DNA from: Candidatus Hydrothermarchaeum profundi
Lineage (GTDB): Archaea; Hydrothermarchaeota; Hydrothermarchaeia; Hydrothermarchaeales; Hydrothermarchaeaceae
DNA length: 64,000 nucleotides
NCBI GenBank assembly: GCA_002011125.2
Contig: MTMF02000009.1
Coordinates: 256,001-320,000 of the forward strand
Direction of reading: 5' to 3'
Shown: in pieces, positions 28,408 to 39,020 of the stretch
Layout of the letters: every line of letters starts with the position of its first letter
Numbering within the stretch: the stretch's first letter is position 1
Position numbers and translations under genes: made by a program
The notes under the pieces: model-generated
Database searches by the model: none
Seen by the model: only the letters and a program-made list of their open reading frames with translations
What the model was told of the DNA's origin: nothing

Positions 28408-28866
28408 TCAGATATATCTTACCATTCTTATCCATATCCCCCATTTCTCTAACTCTTTGAATCCTAACTCCTTGTAAAACTTTTTGGCCTCCTCATTTTT
28501 TTCCCCTACCCAGAGTTCACAGATCTTTCTTCCTTTTTTTCGAGAATATTCTATACATTTCTCAATTAGTTCCCGGCCAACACCTGACCGCCTATACCTA
28601 GGTAAGACTATCACTTCATGTATCTCGCCTACTTCCACTTCTTCGAAAGGACTCTTCCAATTTGTATCGCATGCTATAAACCCTATTGGCTCGCCCTTTA
28701 TAACTGCCTTATAAAAACCGTCCCTATCCCTCTTTAACAGCCAGCGGAAATAGCTTTTGATGCTCTTAGTCGTCGTGTAGGCATATTCTTCTAGTCCCTT
28801 GTAAGCTTTACGATATACTTCGATGAACTCTTTGACATCTGACTCGCTAACATTTTGGATTTCCAC
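28408..28866 (-). CDS. GNAT family acetyltransferase
   Basis: VLPRYRRSGVGRELI and N.EAKKFYKELGF. Confidence 0.9.
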   Translation of the reverse strand: MEIQNVSESDVKEFIEVYRKAYKGLEEYAYTTTKSIKSYFRWLLKRDRDGFYKAVIKGEPIGFIACDTNWKSPFEEVEVGEIHEVIVLPRYRRSGVGRELIEKCIEYSRKKGRKICELWVGEKNEEAKKFYKELGFKELEKWGIWIRMVRYI

Positions 28867-28896
28867 AGGAGTAATTTTATATCCATATTCTTTTAA

Positions 28897-29880
28897 GTGT
28901 ATCCTATGGATTCTCTGGAGTTACTTCAAAAGCTAGTGGATATACCCTCACCTTCAGGACAAGAGGATGAACTTCTACACTTCATTTCACGCTATCTAGA
29001 AGAGAAAAATATGGACTACAAAATAGAGGGTAAAAACCTAGTAATCGACGCCCAGAGAGACATGTGGATTGTTACTCATCTAGACACCGTTCCAAAGAAG
29101 ATGGATTTCTATTTTGACGGAGTATATGCCTATGGTACTGGTGTTTGCGATGCAAAATCTTCGGTTGCTGCTATCCTAATCGCTTTAAGCGAGATAAACT
29201 CTTTAAACTTTGGAATAGCTCTGCTGTGCGATGAAGAGGAGGGAGGAAAAGGGAGTCTAGAGTTTGCTAAGCGCTATAGGGGTAAAGCCATCGTTATGGA
29301 GCCTACTGACTTTAGGATTGCTGTCGACCATTATGGGGGTATAGATGTTTCTGTCAATATTAAAGGAAAAGCTTCTCACGGTTCTTATCCTGAGTATGGG
29401 ATTAACGCGATAGATAAAGCTATAGAAATGACTAAGAAATTAAATGAGTTAAAGCTTCCGGGTAAGATGAGCTTTATTGAGATTAGAGGGGGAGACGGCC
29501 AGCATGTAATACCGGAAGAATGTTTCCTTAGAATAGACTTTGCATTACCTCCTAAAATTAAGGCTGAAGAGTTTTTTACGCTGGTAGAAGGAACATTGAA
29601 GGAATACGGAGACTTTAAGATAGAAGAGTTCTACGATGGGTATGAGGAGGACTCCTTTGATTTATTTGAGGAAGCTTTAAAGCGCAGTGACGTTAGTGCA
29701 GACTACGTTGAGATGCATTCTTGGACGGATGCTATAAATCTGAAGAATGCTGGATGGAATGCTATTGTGTGGGGTCCTGGAGAGCTTTACCGCTGCCATA
29801 CACCATTAGAACGAGTTAAACTCCAAGAGATAGAGAAGGCGTCTAGAGTTTTAGTCAATTTCAATGAGATCTTAAAATAG
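28897..29880 (+). CDS. M20 family metallopeptidase/deacylase (ArgE/DapE/LysK-like)
   Basis: HLDTV, G.GVCDAK, DEE, MEPT, SHGS and WGPG...H. Confidence 0.9.
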   Translation: MYPMDSLELLQKLVDIPSPSGQEDELLHFISRYLEEKNMDYKIEGKNLVIDAQRDMWIVTHLDTVPKKMDFYFDGVYAYGTGVCDAKSSVAAILIALSEINSLNFGIALLCDEEEGGKGSLEFAKRYRGKAIVMEPTDFRIAVDHYGGIDVSVNIKGKASHGSYPEYGINAIDKAIEMTKKLNELKLPGKMSFIEIRGGDGQHVIPEECFLRIDFALPPKIKAEEFFTLVEGTLKEYGDFKIEEFYDGYEEDSFDLFEEALKRSDVSADYVEMHSWTDAINLKNAGWNAIVWGPGELYRCHTPLERVKLQEIEKASRVLVNFNEILK

Positions 29881-29885
29881 TTGTT

Positions 29886-30980
29886 TTATTCAAAGACTAG
29901 TATCGACGCTGACAAATTTCCGTAGAGTATATTAAATTTCTTCTTTGGTTCAACGTCAAATAATTCAGGCCGTGCTGTGAGGACTACTGCGCGCTTCCAG
30001 AGTTTATCTCTAAAAAGATTCTGCTCGAATTTATTATATAGTCTGATTATTTTACGCTTGCTTCCAATCCGAAGCCCGAATGGAGGATTTGTTATAATAT
30101 TATCATAGCTGAGCTTTACTTTAGTAGCATCACAGGTGAAAAAGTCTAAATCCACTCCTATACGCTCAGCATTCTTCTTTGCTCCTTCAATATGCTTAGG
30201 TGAAATATCACAGCCAGAGATAGAGAGTTCCTGTTTTCTTATCTCCTCCTCAACTTTTGATGCGATATGTTTGTAATCTTCGTGCGGAAGAAACCTAAGA
30301 CCCCAAAACAAAAAAGTATTCTTGCGAAAAAGGTTAGGTATTTTACATGCATATCGAGCTGCCTCAATACATATTGTTCCAGAACCGCAGAAAGGGTCGA
30401 ATAGACTTTCCTTAGTGTCCCATTCCGCTATTCTAACGAGGGAGTAAGCTATCGTTGATTTTAAAGAGGCGGGATGCTGATATACTCGGTACCCTCTCCT
30501 ATGGAGACTTTCTCCGGTGGTATCTATACCCACTAGTAATTCATTTCCTCGGGCCTCGACGATGATTACAACATCTGGAGAGTCTAAATCTACTTTAAGA
30601 CGTCTGCCTTTTTCCTCTTTATATGCATCAATTACCGCCTGACCAGCGACTCTTGCAAGATCAACTGAAGTGAAACTGTGTTTTCCTGTTCTACTGGCTC
30701 TAACTGCAAACTTCTGATCATCTGCGATATATTCCGAGAAACTAATGCTTTTGATAGAAATATATATTTCCTTTAAATCCTCAAATATCGTCTTTAATAG
30801 GAGGATTATTACTCTGTGGAGAGAATTTGAACAGTAATTTAGAGTAAGTATGTCCTCGGGTCTTCCGTGCATCTCGAGCCGTCCCTCACCCTTAACCTTT
30901 GCGTTTGCTCCAGTAAGCTCTCTAATCTCTTTACTTGCGATATATTCTATACCTCTCTCTGTTGTGAGGAGAAAATCCAT
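29886..30980 (-). CDS. trm14: THUMP-domain tRNA (guanine-N2) methyltransferase, Trm14 family
   Basis: THUMP domain, SLHRRGYR, HPASL, DPFCGSGT and NPPFG. Confidence 0.88.
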   Translation of the reverse strand: MDFLLTTERGIEYIASKEIRELTGANAKVKGEGRLEMHGRPEDILTLNYCSNSLHRVIILLLKTIFEDLKEIYISIKSISFSEYIADDQKFAVRASRTGKHSFTSVDLARVAGQAVIDAYKEEKGRRLKVDLDSPDVVIIVEARGNELLVGIDTTGESLHRRGYRVYQHPASLKSTIAYSLVRIAEWDTKESLFDPFCGSGTICIEAARYACKIPNLFRKNTFLFWGLRFLPHEDYKHIASKVEEEIRKQELSISGCDISPKHIEGAKKNAERIGVDLDFFTCDATKVKLSYDNIITNPPFGLRIGSKRKIIRLYNKFEQNLFRDKLWKRAVVLTARPELFDVEPKKKFNILYGNLSASILVFE

Positions 30981-31041
30981 TTAGCTCTACCTTAAAAAAT
31001 AATTTTAGTTGAGGGTATAGATAAATAGCATAAATGTTTTT

Positions 31042-31061
31042 TACGGGCCCGACGGATTGAA
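31042..31061. repeat. att-site copy of the tRNA-Lys 3' end
   Basis: tacgggcccgacggattgaa versus tacgggcccgacgggatttgaa at 40298. Confidence 0.8.
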
Positions 31062-31217
31062 TACCAGATGGGCAGAGGTCTGATGGATTAACTCTTCAAA
31101 CAACGTGATTTAATGTTATTTTACCACTCTAGCACCTTAAGTTCCCTCATAGATCCTGTGAACCTTATTTTAATTCTTCTTCGGGAGTTGAGACTTTGAT
31201 GTGAGCAGGTATTCTTT

Positions 31218-31601
31218 TCATTTCCTTTCTCTCACAGGTTGTCTCAATATTGTTTTCAGCCCAACAATTTCAGAGGTTATAAAGTTCGGCTGGCGAATAA
31301 GAAGTTTCCATCTCCATTCTTCAGGAGACACTTCTGTGTATGGTTTATTAGAATTAACCCACCAGAGACCTTCAAGTTTCGCAACAATAAAATCCTTTCC
31401 TTCCTTTTTCATTATCATTTTGAGACCATAAGCGAGAGAATATAGCGCACTAACTTTGGCTTGAAATTCATCACCACCGGGAGCACCTTTTCCTTCTATT
31501 GCCAGGAATCTTCCTTCCTCAATCTCAACAATTTCAGGTGCGGTTTTTGCTGTATAGTATGGTTTATATTCTTTTGTTAGATCAAGTTTTATTTTTGGCA
31601 T
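31218..31601 (-). pseudogene. GyrI-like small-molecule-binding protein with internal deletion
   Basis: N-terminal half (FLAIEGKGAP, LEGLWW, WKLLIRQP) is joined directly to the terminal LKTILRQPV motif. Confidence 0.7.
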
Positions 31602-31624
31602 AATTTCAACTCGTATTTATGAGA

Positions 31625-31936
31625 TCAGATCCATGTTCTCCAATCTACTTTTCGACTCGGATTTCCTTTCATTCTGTTGAGGTTTTTAATGCAGTCTTTA
31701 TGGTCAATCCATGTCCTCCATTTCGTGAAATTCTCAATTTTACTGCACGGAAAATCCTTACACTCAAAACACCATTTTAATCCTTTTCCAGAAACACAAC
31801 ATTTGTAAATTCTACATCCTTTGTGGTTGCTGAAATGCTTGCCTGAATGACAGCCTCCACAGCTTCCATTCTTAAATTTAACACAACCTCCGCAATACAA
31901 ACCGCAAGGTGCGGCTAAAGTTATATTTATTTTCAC
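31625..31936 (-). CDS. DUF3795-like Cys-rich protein
   Basis: APCGLYCGGC, CGGC, CRIYKCC and CFECKDFPC. Confidence 0.8.
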   Translation of the reverse strand: MKINITLAAPCGLYCGGCVKFKNGSCGGCHSGKHFSNHKGCRIYKCCVSGKGLKWCFECKDFPCSKIENFTKWRTWIDHKDCIKNLNRMKGNPSRKVDWRTWI

Positions 31937-32165
31937 TTTTAATCATATAGTTAGAGAGTCTTTAAAATTTTTTCTAAAGGCAGGGTTCGAAATTTCACTT
32001 ACGTTTCATGGATAAGAGAAGTTGTCAAAAGTAATTCGGGAAAATTTTTGATTCCCATTTTATTTGCTACTGAGTGAGATTGCGAAGCGAAAGAAGGCCA
32101 AAGTATTGTAGAGTTCTACCCGTTAGTAAGCAATTTACGTTATATCAAAATTTTATTCTCAAATC

Positions 32166-33059
32166 CTAGTATTCAAACTCATCCCATCTTTTAAAATTTG
32201 GCATTTGATAATGTTCTGCCATCCATTTTATTAAGAGCATTGTCAAAAGAGCAGTAAAAGGAAAAACGCTCATTCTTATCATAAATCCGGAATCGAATCC
32301 TTGAGCGGCAACTGTATGTAGTAGATTAAATGTTGAGTTATTAATGGTATGTGCAAACCATGGTGCCCATAAGTTATTTGTTTTGAGAAATAGATAACCC
32401 CACGCCAATCCGATTATTCCTGAAGTAAGTATGTATCCTATTGCAATTGTAACTGCCTGTAAAGCACTCATCTGACCTATCATGTAGGACTTTATTGGCC
32501 AGACAATATGCCAAAGCCCAAAGAGAAATGCCTGCAGGAAGTTTGCTTTCCAAAATGAAAGAGGCACTCTAAAATGTGTAATCATCACGCCTCTAAACAA
32601 ACCTTCTTCCATAAACGAATTCATAACATTACCAACGATCAGCCAAAGCCCAAAGAGAAATCCACCTTTAACAGCGAATTCTGGATCGAGAGAATGTCCT
32701 CTAGCAGTAATTGTAAAGGAAGGTTGCACTCCATTTATGACAAGATACATCCACTCAGCAAAGTAGCTAAAAGCAAGGGTTAGTGTTATAACTACTGCTG
32801 CTATCGATATGCTTTTGATAAAGTTGGTAGAATGAAACCCTATGTCTCTTATCTTCCTTTTGACCAGCCAAAGATAACCAATAATAATCAAGAAACCAAG
32901 AAACTTTGAAACAGAAATTTCTCCCCATGCCTCGTCTAATCGTAGGATAAAGATTTCTATAACCCTAAGCACTAACACAATAATAAAGAGTATAAGGCTA
33001 ATTTTAATAGGATGCTTTAATGAAAAATCTTGAAAAAAGGCCTTTTTTCTTGATCCCAT
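32166..33059 (-). CDS. CPBP (Abi/CAAX) intramembrane metalloprotease
   Basis: EEGLFRG, FGLWH and AH..NN motifs. Confidence 0.9.
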   Translation of the reverse strand: MGSRKKAFFQDFSLKHPIKISLILFIIVLVLRVIEIFILRLDEAWGEISVSKFLGFLIIIGYLWLVKRKIRDIGFHSTNFIKSISIAAVVITLTLAFSYFAEWMYLVINGVQPSFTITARGHSLDPEFAVKGGFLFGLWLIVGNVMNSFMEEGLFRGVMITHFRVPLSFWKANFLQAFLFGLWHIVWPIKSYMIGQMSALQAVTIAIGYILTSGIIGLAWGYLFLKTNNLWAPWFAHTINNSTFNLLHTVAAQGFDSGFMIRMSVFPFTALLTMLLIKWMAEHYQMPNFKRWDEFEY

Positions 33060-33166
33060 ATTCTCAGCCCTTTTAAAGATGTATTAAATCATTAATCGCT
33101 ACCAAGATATCAAGAGCTATTATAAGACCAGTATAAATTTTGGTTGATATCAACATTTTTTCATAG

Positions 33167-33568
33167 TTATTCCCCTCTTATAAGCTCGATAACGGTTTTG
33201 TTATATTCTTCCCTGAGCAGAAATAGTTGCACTAACACAAACAGTAAATTTATTAAAGCAAATCCAGACCAGCAAAATGGAATTAGAAACAGGTTGAAAA
33301 TGATGCATCCTGCTAAGCCAATCTTTACTAAATTACCTTTGCTGAGAATAAGGACACCTGTAGTGATCTCAAAAACAACGACCAGCATAATCCAGGTCAT
33401 CAAATGCGGCATTACAATCGAGCTCCACAATGTTTTGTAAAGTATGATCGCAAAATCGGCAAACTCTTTATATACCTGAGGGTTAAGTAAAGCAAACTGT
33501 AGATTAATTGCAGCCCCAACTAAATAGATAATTCCAAAAGCAGTTCTTGCTATGTCATCTATCCTCAT
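33167..33568 (-). CDS. Small 4-TM membrane protein (DoxX-like)
   Basis: Hydrophobic 133-aa ORF with FEITTGVLIL. Confidence 0.6.
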   Translation of the reverse strand: MRIDDIARTAFGIIYLVGAAINLQFALLNPQVYKEFADFAIILYKTLWSSIVMPHLMTWIMLVVVFEITTGVLILSKGNLVKIGLAGCIIFNLFLIPFCWSGFALINLLFVLVQLFLLREEYNKTVIELIRGE

Positions 33569-33569
33569 C

Positions 33570-34684
33570 TTATTTTTCCCTCAGTTTGTTGTACTCCACT
33601 TCCGTGATCTCCAGCCTATACCATGTAAAATCCTTCCCAAGCTTCCATGTCGCAGAAAGATTCACTGGAATTCTGATACCCTCGAATTCTCCATAATCTT
33701 TTGCTGTAATTACCCATCTTTCCAGAGTTGAACCCTCTTTGCGATAGTAATAACGGTTGGCTCCAAAACTCACGAAATCTCCATTCTCGTCAAATATGAA
33801 TATGCCGGAAGCTGTTATACCTCCATAGCTCGTTGTTGCTTTTGCTGCCGTTGAATTTATCTCCTCCCATCTGATATAATCACTCAAAGCAGCTGAAGGA
33901 TACCAGACAATTTCGCCCAGATAACGCAACAAAGCACCCTGATCTATCTCTTTTCCTCTTGCATCAACAACTGGAATGAGAGAGAACAGTTTGATAAGCA
34001 TGTGTCCTTTGCCATCGCTATATTTATCCCTTCCAGAGAGATGCAAAAATGGAACAGCCTTTACATTCGCTATCCATATAAAACCGGGCGGATCTGTTGT
34101 AATGTACTGCTCCGCATTCATGGACATCCAGTTGCCTTCAGGTTTTGTTCTCATTTCTCCTTTCTGTTCAAGATGTGCTACCTGAATCACTTCTTTTCCA
34201 ACAATATTTGAGCGCTTGAGCCACTTCTGTACGACATCGGGCACATGAGTAATCATTTCTTCAGTCACCCCTTTTTCTCCATTTTTTCAGGCAGAAGTGA
34301 GTTGAGCTCATCTTCTACCATTCTGTCAAAGCTCCAGCTTCCATATGAAAGAATGACAGCAATGATTATGATTACATTTGCAATAGTACCAAATCTCGCA
34401 TCTTTCCAGTAAATAAAAATTAGGGCTTAGGAAATGACGACTGCGACAATCGCAACCATCTACCACCATTCCTTTCTCAACATATATGTTACTGCAGAAG
34501 TTATGAAAAGCAAACATCCAATCAACCAGAGTAGTCCTGCTATTTTGGCTAAACTGCCAGATAAAGAGATGAGCATTTCTCCACTCAATTGCTTTACCTG
34601 AGCTAAATTCCATTCCTTCACGAATCCAAGCAGGTGGATTAATCCATGAAAGAAAACGACAAACGAAAATATTATTCTGATCAT
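33570..34684 (-). pseudogene. DUF6544-like membrane-anchored protein, disrupted
   Basis: The 74-aa N-terminal ORF continues in frame through TAG (34460) and TAA (~34425), then frameshifts into the 232-aa ORF (P..VQKWL, DQGALLRYLGE..WYP). Confidence 0.75.
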
Positions 34685-35622
34685 GGTTTATCTCCCCCCT
34701 CATAATGAATATTCCGCTCAATCCCAGATATTGCTTCATATTCTTCTAAGTGAAACATGTAGCCTATCAGTCCACCATAAATACACGCGGATATTGTTGT
34801 CTCTACTGTGTGCGCAACTAAAACTTCTGGTGGAAAAATACCCTGAGCCATTATTATCTGAAAACCGTGATAACTGAATATTAACATCAAGCTCATCATC
34901 GCCTTTGTTCTACCTCTTATCATCAATATAACTGGTATTGAAAATAAAACCCATAATAACCCCCTGATAAAATGATAGGGTAAAAATAATGGCATCTCTT
35001 TCATTGTTCTTACTATTTGAGCTATGAGACCTAATTGTTCTGCACTTCCGGAATAGAACAATCTTACTGCTTCAAATTGCCAGGCAACATAATATCCAAA
35101 GAGTAAATATATTGCTATGTAAAATAACGCAAAAAGTGGGGCTTTTTTCATCCAGCTTTTCATTTCAACCCTTCTCAGACTCTCCTTTACACTTATCTTC
35201 CCTGTTTCCTTTCGTTTCCCAAAAATAATAACTGAAAGTGGAACTGCTATTGTGGTTGTAATTGCACCCCTTAGTATGATGTTCAGAATCTCTGTATTCG
35301 TCATAAATGTAAAAGCATCTCTAAAATAGAACGTTTCTATTTGTGCCATAAAATATTCTATCCCCCAGAAACTCAAACCTAAAGCTATGATCAATTTAGT
35401 CCCATTCCATTCTGACAGTTTCACGTTTATACTTAGAGCAATTGCTCCAAGCAGAGATGCAAGCAACATTAGTCCAAATATTTGCGCACCTATCGTTACT
35501 CTTGATGCAATCTCCAGAGATACTGGTATTATCAAAGTTGGAACCGTGATTGCTACAACAAAAACTAAAGTGAGTATTACTATTCCTAATATATTGCTAA
35601 GTATATTTTTCATTTTGGGCAT
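34681..35622 (-). CDS. Multi-pass membrane hypothetical protein
   Basis: 313 aa with ~8 hydrophobic segments. Confidence 0.75.
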   Translation of the reverse strand: MPKMKNILSNILGIVILTLVFVVAITVPTLIIPVSLEIASRVTIGAQIFGLMLLASLLGAIALSINVKLSEWNGTKLIIALGLSFWGIEYFMAQIETFYFRDAFTFMTNTEILNIILRGAITTTIAVPLSVIIFGKRKETGKISVKESLRRVEMKSWMKKAPLFALFYIAIYLLFGYYVAWQFEAVRLFYSGSAEQLGLIAQIVRTMKEMPLFLPYHFIRGLLWVLFSIPVILMIRGRTKAMMSLMLIFSYHGFQIIMAQGIFPPEVLVAHTVETTISACIYGGLIGYMFHLEEYEAISGIERNIHYEGGDKP

Positions 35623-35641
35623 GTTATCATTCTAGTCACTC

Positions 35642-36328
35642 CTATGTGATTGTGGTAACTATCCTTTCTTTGCTCAAATATCTGGTTAGATAACCCGTGA
35701 GAATTACCAAAAATAATGAAATTATCATCAATGCTACCTCGATCAACCAAGAGATGTGGCTTTTCCCTATCAAACGGAGCCCCCCAAAGAGAGCGCCGAA
35801 TATCACTACGAAGATTACTGTGCCAGCTGCTCTGATCTCCCTCATACCAGCGAGCAGATAAAGAAACCCTATCAATCCGACCACTACGAGGAGGAAGAGG
35901 GGGATGGTTATCAGCATATGAAGTAAGAGAATCGGAGAGGGCAAAACGAGAGATTTCATTAGCGTATTTGAGACCAAGACGATCAAAATCGCTGAGAAAA
36001 TAGACACAGCATACGAGGGGATTGCAGCACCCAATACTTTACCAAGCCATAGCCTTTTCAGGCTAAGTGGTGTGCAGAGTAGGGTCTCTATGATTTTATC
36101 TTGCTTCTCCCTGAAGAAGATCCTTCCTGTGGATACATAAGCAAATAGAATACCTATCAGGAGAGGAATATAGAAAATAACGGTATCCATCGTTCCCGGA
36201 ATTTTCCTGATACCCAGAGCAGTCATGACAGAGAAGAAGATGGGGTAACCTAGGGCAAAAAACAAGGAACTCTTGCTCTGGAGTATTTCCCGCATTTCCT
36301 TTCTCGCAATGATAAACTCCTTTTTCAC
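35642..36328 (-). CDS. ABC-2 type permease
   Basis: IARKE, EKQDKIIETLLCTPL...LWLGK. Confidence 0.88.
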   Translation of the reverse strand: MKKEFIIARKEMREILQSKSSLFFALGYPIFFSVMTALGIRKIPGTMDTVIFYIPLLIGILFAYVSTGRIFFREKQDKIIETLLCTPLSLKRLWLGKVLGAAIPSYAVSIFSAILIVLVSNTLMKSLVLPSPILLLHMLITIPLFLLVVVGLIGFLYLLAGMREIRAAGTVIFVVIFGALFGGLRLIGKSHISWLIEVALMIISLFLVILTGYLTRYLSKERIVTTIT

Positions 36329-37242
36329 CTTATCTCCTCCTTTTGCATTATTTCCAGATAGATATCCTCTAATGATTTCCTTACCTTTTTGATCTCTTCA
36401 ACTTCTATGCCATTCTCAGTTAATATTTTAAGCAAATTTGGCTGCTTCTCTTCCTTCAGAATTAAGGTTATTGTTTTATCTTTTATCTCACAACCAGAGA
36501 CAAAATCAAGAGAATTGAGAACTTCAAGCACTCTTCTACCATTCTCCTCATCACTCATTAAGATAGAAACCATAGGTTTGCTGAATCTTTTTCTAAGGCT
36601 CTCTACAGCATCGCATACCATTATCCTTCCCTTATGCAGGATCGCTATCCTATTACATATCCTCTGAACCTCATCCAGGTCGTGAGAGTTCAGGAATATT
36701 GTTTTTCTCTCCTTTGACAGCTCAAGGATGAGCTCCCTTACCATTATCTGTGCTTCCGGGTCAAGACCTGTAGAGGGTTCATCCAGAAATAAAATCTTGG
36801 GATCATGGATAATAGCCCTGGCAATCGCAAGCTTCCTACGCATCCCCTTTGAGAAGACTCCTACCTTTTCATTCCTACGCTCATAAAGTCCAACGAATTT
36901 GAGCAATTCCTCAATCCTCTCTTTACATCTTGAAACATCATAGAGTTGAGCATAATATTCTAAATTATCATAGGCAGAGAGGTCTTCGTATAAACCATCG
37001 TTCTCTAGGGCCACTCCTATACTTCTTCGCGCTTCATCGTCCTCAGCCAGATCCTTTCCCATCACAAGTACTTTGCCAGAAGTTGGATTTAGAAGACCGA
37101 GAATTATTCTCATAGTTGTGGTTTTTCCAGCTCCGTTAGGTCCTAAATAGCCGAATACCTCACCTTCCGCCACACTGAAGGTTATATTATTTAGAACTGT
37201 TCTTTTTCCAAATTTTTTCGTAAGATTTCTGACTTCTATCAT
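36325..37242 (-). CDS. ABC transporter ATP-binding protein
   Basis: GPNGAGKTT, FSKGM, FLDEP and SH motifs. Confidence 0.95.
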   Translation of the reverse strand: MIEVRNLTKKFGKRTVLNNITFSVAEGEVFGYLGPNGAGKTTTMRIILGLLNPTSGKVLVMGKDLAEDDEARRSIGVALENDGLYEDLSAYDNLEYYAQLYDVSRCKERIEELLKFVGLYERRNEKVGVFSKGMRRKLAIARAIIHDPKILFLDEPSTGLDPEAQIMVRELILELSKERKTIFLNSHDLDEVQRICNRIAILHKGRIMVCDAVESLRKRFSKPMVSILMSDEENGRRVLEVLNSLDFVSGCEIKDKTITLILKEEKQPNLLKILTENGIEVEEIKKVRKSLEDIYLEIMQKEEIR

Positions 37243-37258
37243 ATTCTCTCACCTTTAT

Positions 37259-37952
37259 TCATCCCGAAGCCAATTGCGTATAACGATTGCAGGTATGCGA
37301 TGTTGCCCTAGTAGAGCAATTTGGTAAGCGTAGCGAGCCGCCTAAAGTATATCTCATCCATTTTCCTAGAGATTTCTCCAGTAGTTTTCGTATCTTAACT
37401 AATTCGCTGAGAATTTTTAGTTCTATGTCTTCCTCGTGAGTTTCTATTGCTACAGGCTTCTTACCTTTAACAAATCCCATTATCAACTCCCTTAATTCCT
37501 CAAATTGTTCCATCCCTTCTATCCTTATTTCAGCTCTGGCTTGTTGCCCAGAATAACCTGCGGTTTGAATTTTAAGAGTTGCAATTCCTAGTATCCTTGA
37601 AATAGGCCCTTGGGTTATGTCGATATTGGTTACCCTGTTATAAGGTACGATTCCTGTTTTTTGAACCATACTCCTCTCCTCTATACAATTTCATTTTCGG
37701 TAAGCTTGTAAACCATCGTATCATAGTATTTTGGGTCCAGTATGCTATGAAAGCGAAAGTAGCCAGAATTGGTACTAAAATACCCACAGTAATCATGAAT
37801 GCAATGTTGAGTGAAGCAAGAAAAAACACAGGAATATACCACGTTGAAACACCTAAGAAGATCCCCAGCATCAGATAGATGTAATAAAGCTTCTTAAATT
37901 GGGGTGCTGGCTTGAATTCTTCACCAATTTCTATTTTGAGTTTTTCTCTCAT
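37259..37952 (-). pseudogene. Bacterial PH-domain (bPH_2) membrane protein split by a frameshift
   Basis: Two overlapping ORFs: a TM N-part, then VPYNRVTNIDITQGPI.R.LGIATLKIQTAG; the 3' end reads into a repeat-like element. Confidence 0.7.
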
Positions 37953-38183
37953 GTTTATTACCTCATAATTTCTTTAAATTTAGTATATTTTACTGTTTTA
38001 ATGATATTTAAGCTTTTTTCATTGATATTTTTATGAAATGTCAGTTAAAAATACTGAAATTCGTTTATACTCATTTAAAATCCCTTTTTTAAAATTTAAT
38101 ATTTGATTTCGATATTATGAAATCTAATTGCATAAAAAAGCAAAGTTTATATATCGACTATCGACTAAACAAAATTTGGACAG

Positions 38184-39011
38184 ATGAAACCGCAGGAAAT
38201 TATTAAACTGCTCTCGAGTGAAACAAACTTCAGGATACTCGAGCTTCTGTCAATGAGGGACAGCTACCCAAGGAAAATCGCAAGAGAGATAGGCAAAACT
38301 GAGGGAGTTGTTGTTAGGGCACTAAAATCCATGGAAAGAGCAGGAATATTGAGAAGTTCTTGGGGTGTCCTAGATGAGAGACCTGCCAAGGTTTATACCC
38401 TTAGGCCAGGAATACTGCTCCTGATCATAGATTTCACCTCACAGAGGTCTCATGTAATAGACGTTGACAAGAGAGATCTCAGCATTATCGAGAGGATATT
38501 AGAGAGAACTCCAGATGAGTTCTCCGACCAGGCAAATTTTTTAAGGTGGAAGAATGGAACAGTTGATGAAACAGAGCTGGCCTACTTCTCAGGAGCTGAT
38601 GAAGAGGAGGTTAAAAGGTTCATCAGCTTTGTTCGTGATGCACCATGGCAGGTGTTCCTAGTGGCTTGCTACTCTAGAGTTCTGCGCTGGGAGAAGGAAG
38701 AAGATGAAAGTTTTTTGAAAAAAGCAAGACTCACTGAATTCGCCGAAAAAATGCTATCCAAGCTAATCTTAGCAGATCCAGAGGCCATGGAGTACAGGAA
38801 CATGCTGAACTGGAAAAGAGGCAGGATAAATGTTGAAGAGCTTGCAACAAAACTTGAGGTCGAAAAAGAAGAGGCCGAAAAATTCGTTGAGTATGTTTCC
38901 GAGCATCTCAGCGAGGCATATGTAAGATTCCACGAGCTGAAAATAAGGAGATGGCTCACATCTAGGGGGACTGGATTTGAAAAAATGGATGAGTTTTTCC
39001 CTGTTAGATGA
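38184..39011 (+). CDS. ArsR-family wHTH regulator with duplicated C-terminal domain
   Basis: LSSETNFRILELL...YPRKIAREIG...LKSMERAGIL; two ~55-aa internal repeats. Confidence 0.75.
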   Translation: MKPQEIIKLLSSETNFRILELLSMRDSYPRKIAREIGKTEGVVVRALKSMERAGILRSSWGVLDERPAKVYTLRPGILLLIIDFTSQRSHVIDVDKRDLSIIERILERTPDEFSDQANFLRWKNGTVDETELAYFSGADEEEVKRFISFVRDAPWQVFLVACYSRVLRWEKEEDESFLKKARLTEFAEKMLSKLILADPEAMEYRNMLNWKRGRINVEELATKLEVEKEEAEKFVEYVSEHLSEAYVRFHELKIRRWLTSRGTGFEKMDEFFPVR

Positions 39012-39020
39012 GATGAACCT

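Noticed and set aside
34420-34465. Pyrrolysine/stop-codon recoding in the DUF6544-like gene
   Set aside because: The TAG is accompanied by a TAA and a frameshift in a decaying island, so ordinary pseudogenisation is simpler.
34326-34739. 137-aa minus-strand ORF
   Set aside because: Alternative frame over the disrupted DUF6544-like gene, with implausible composition.
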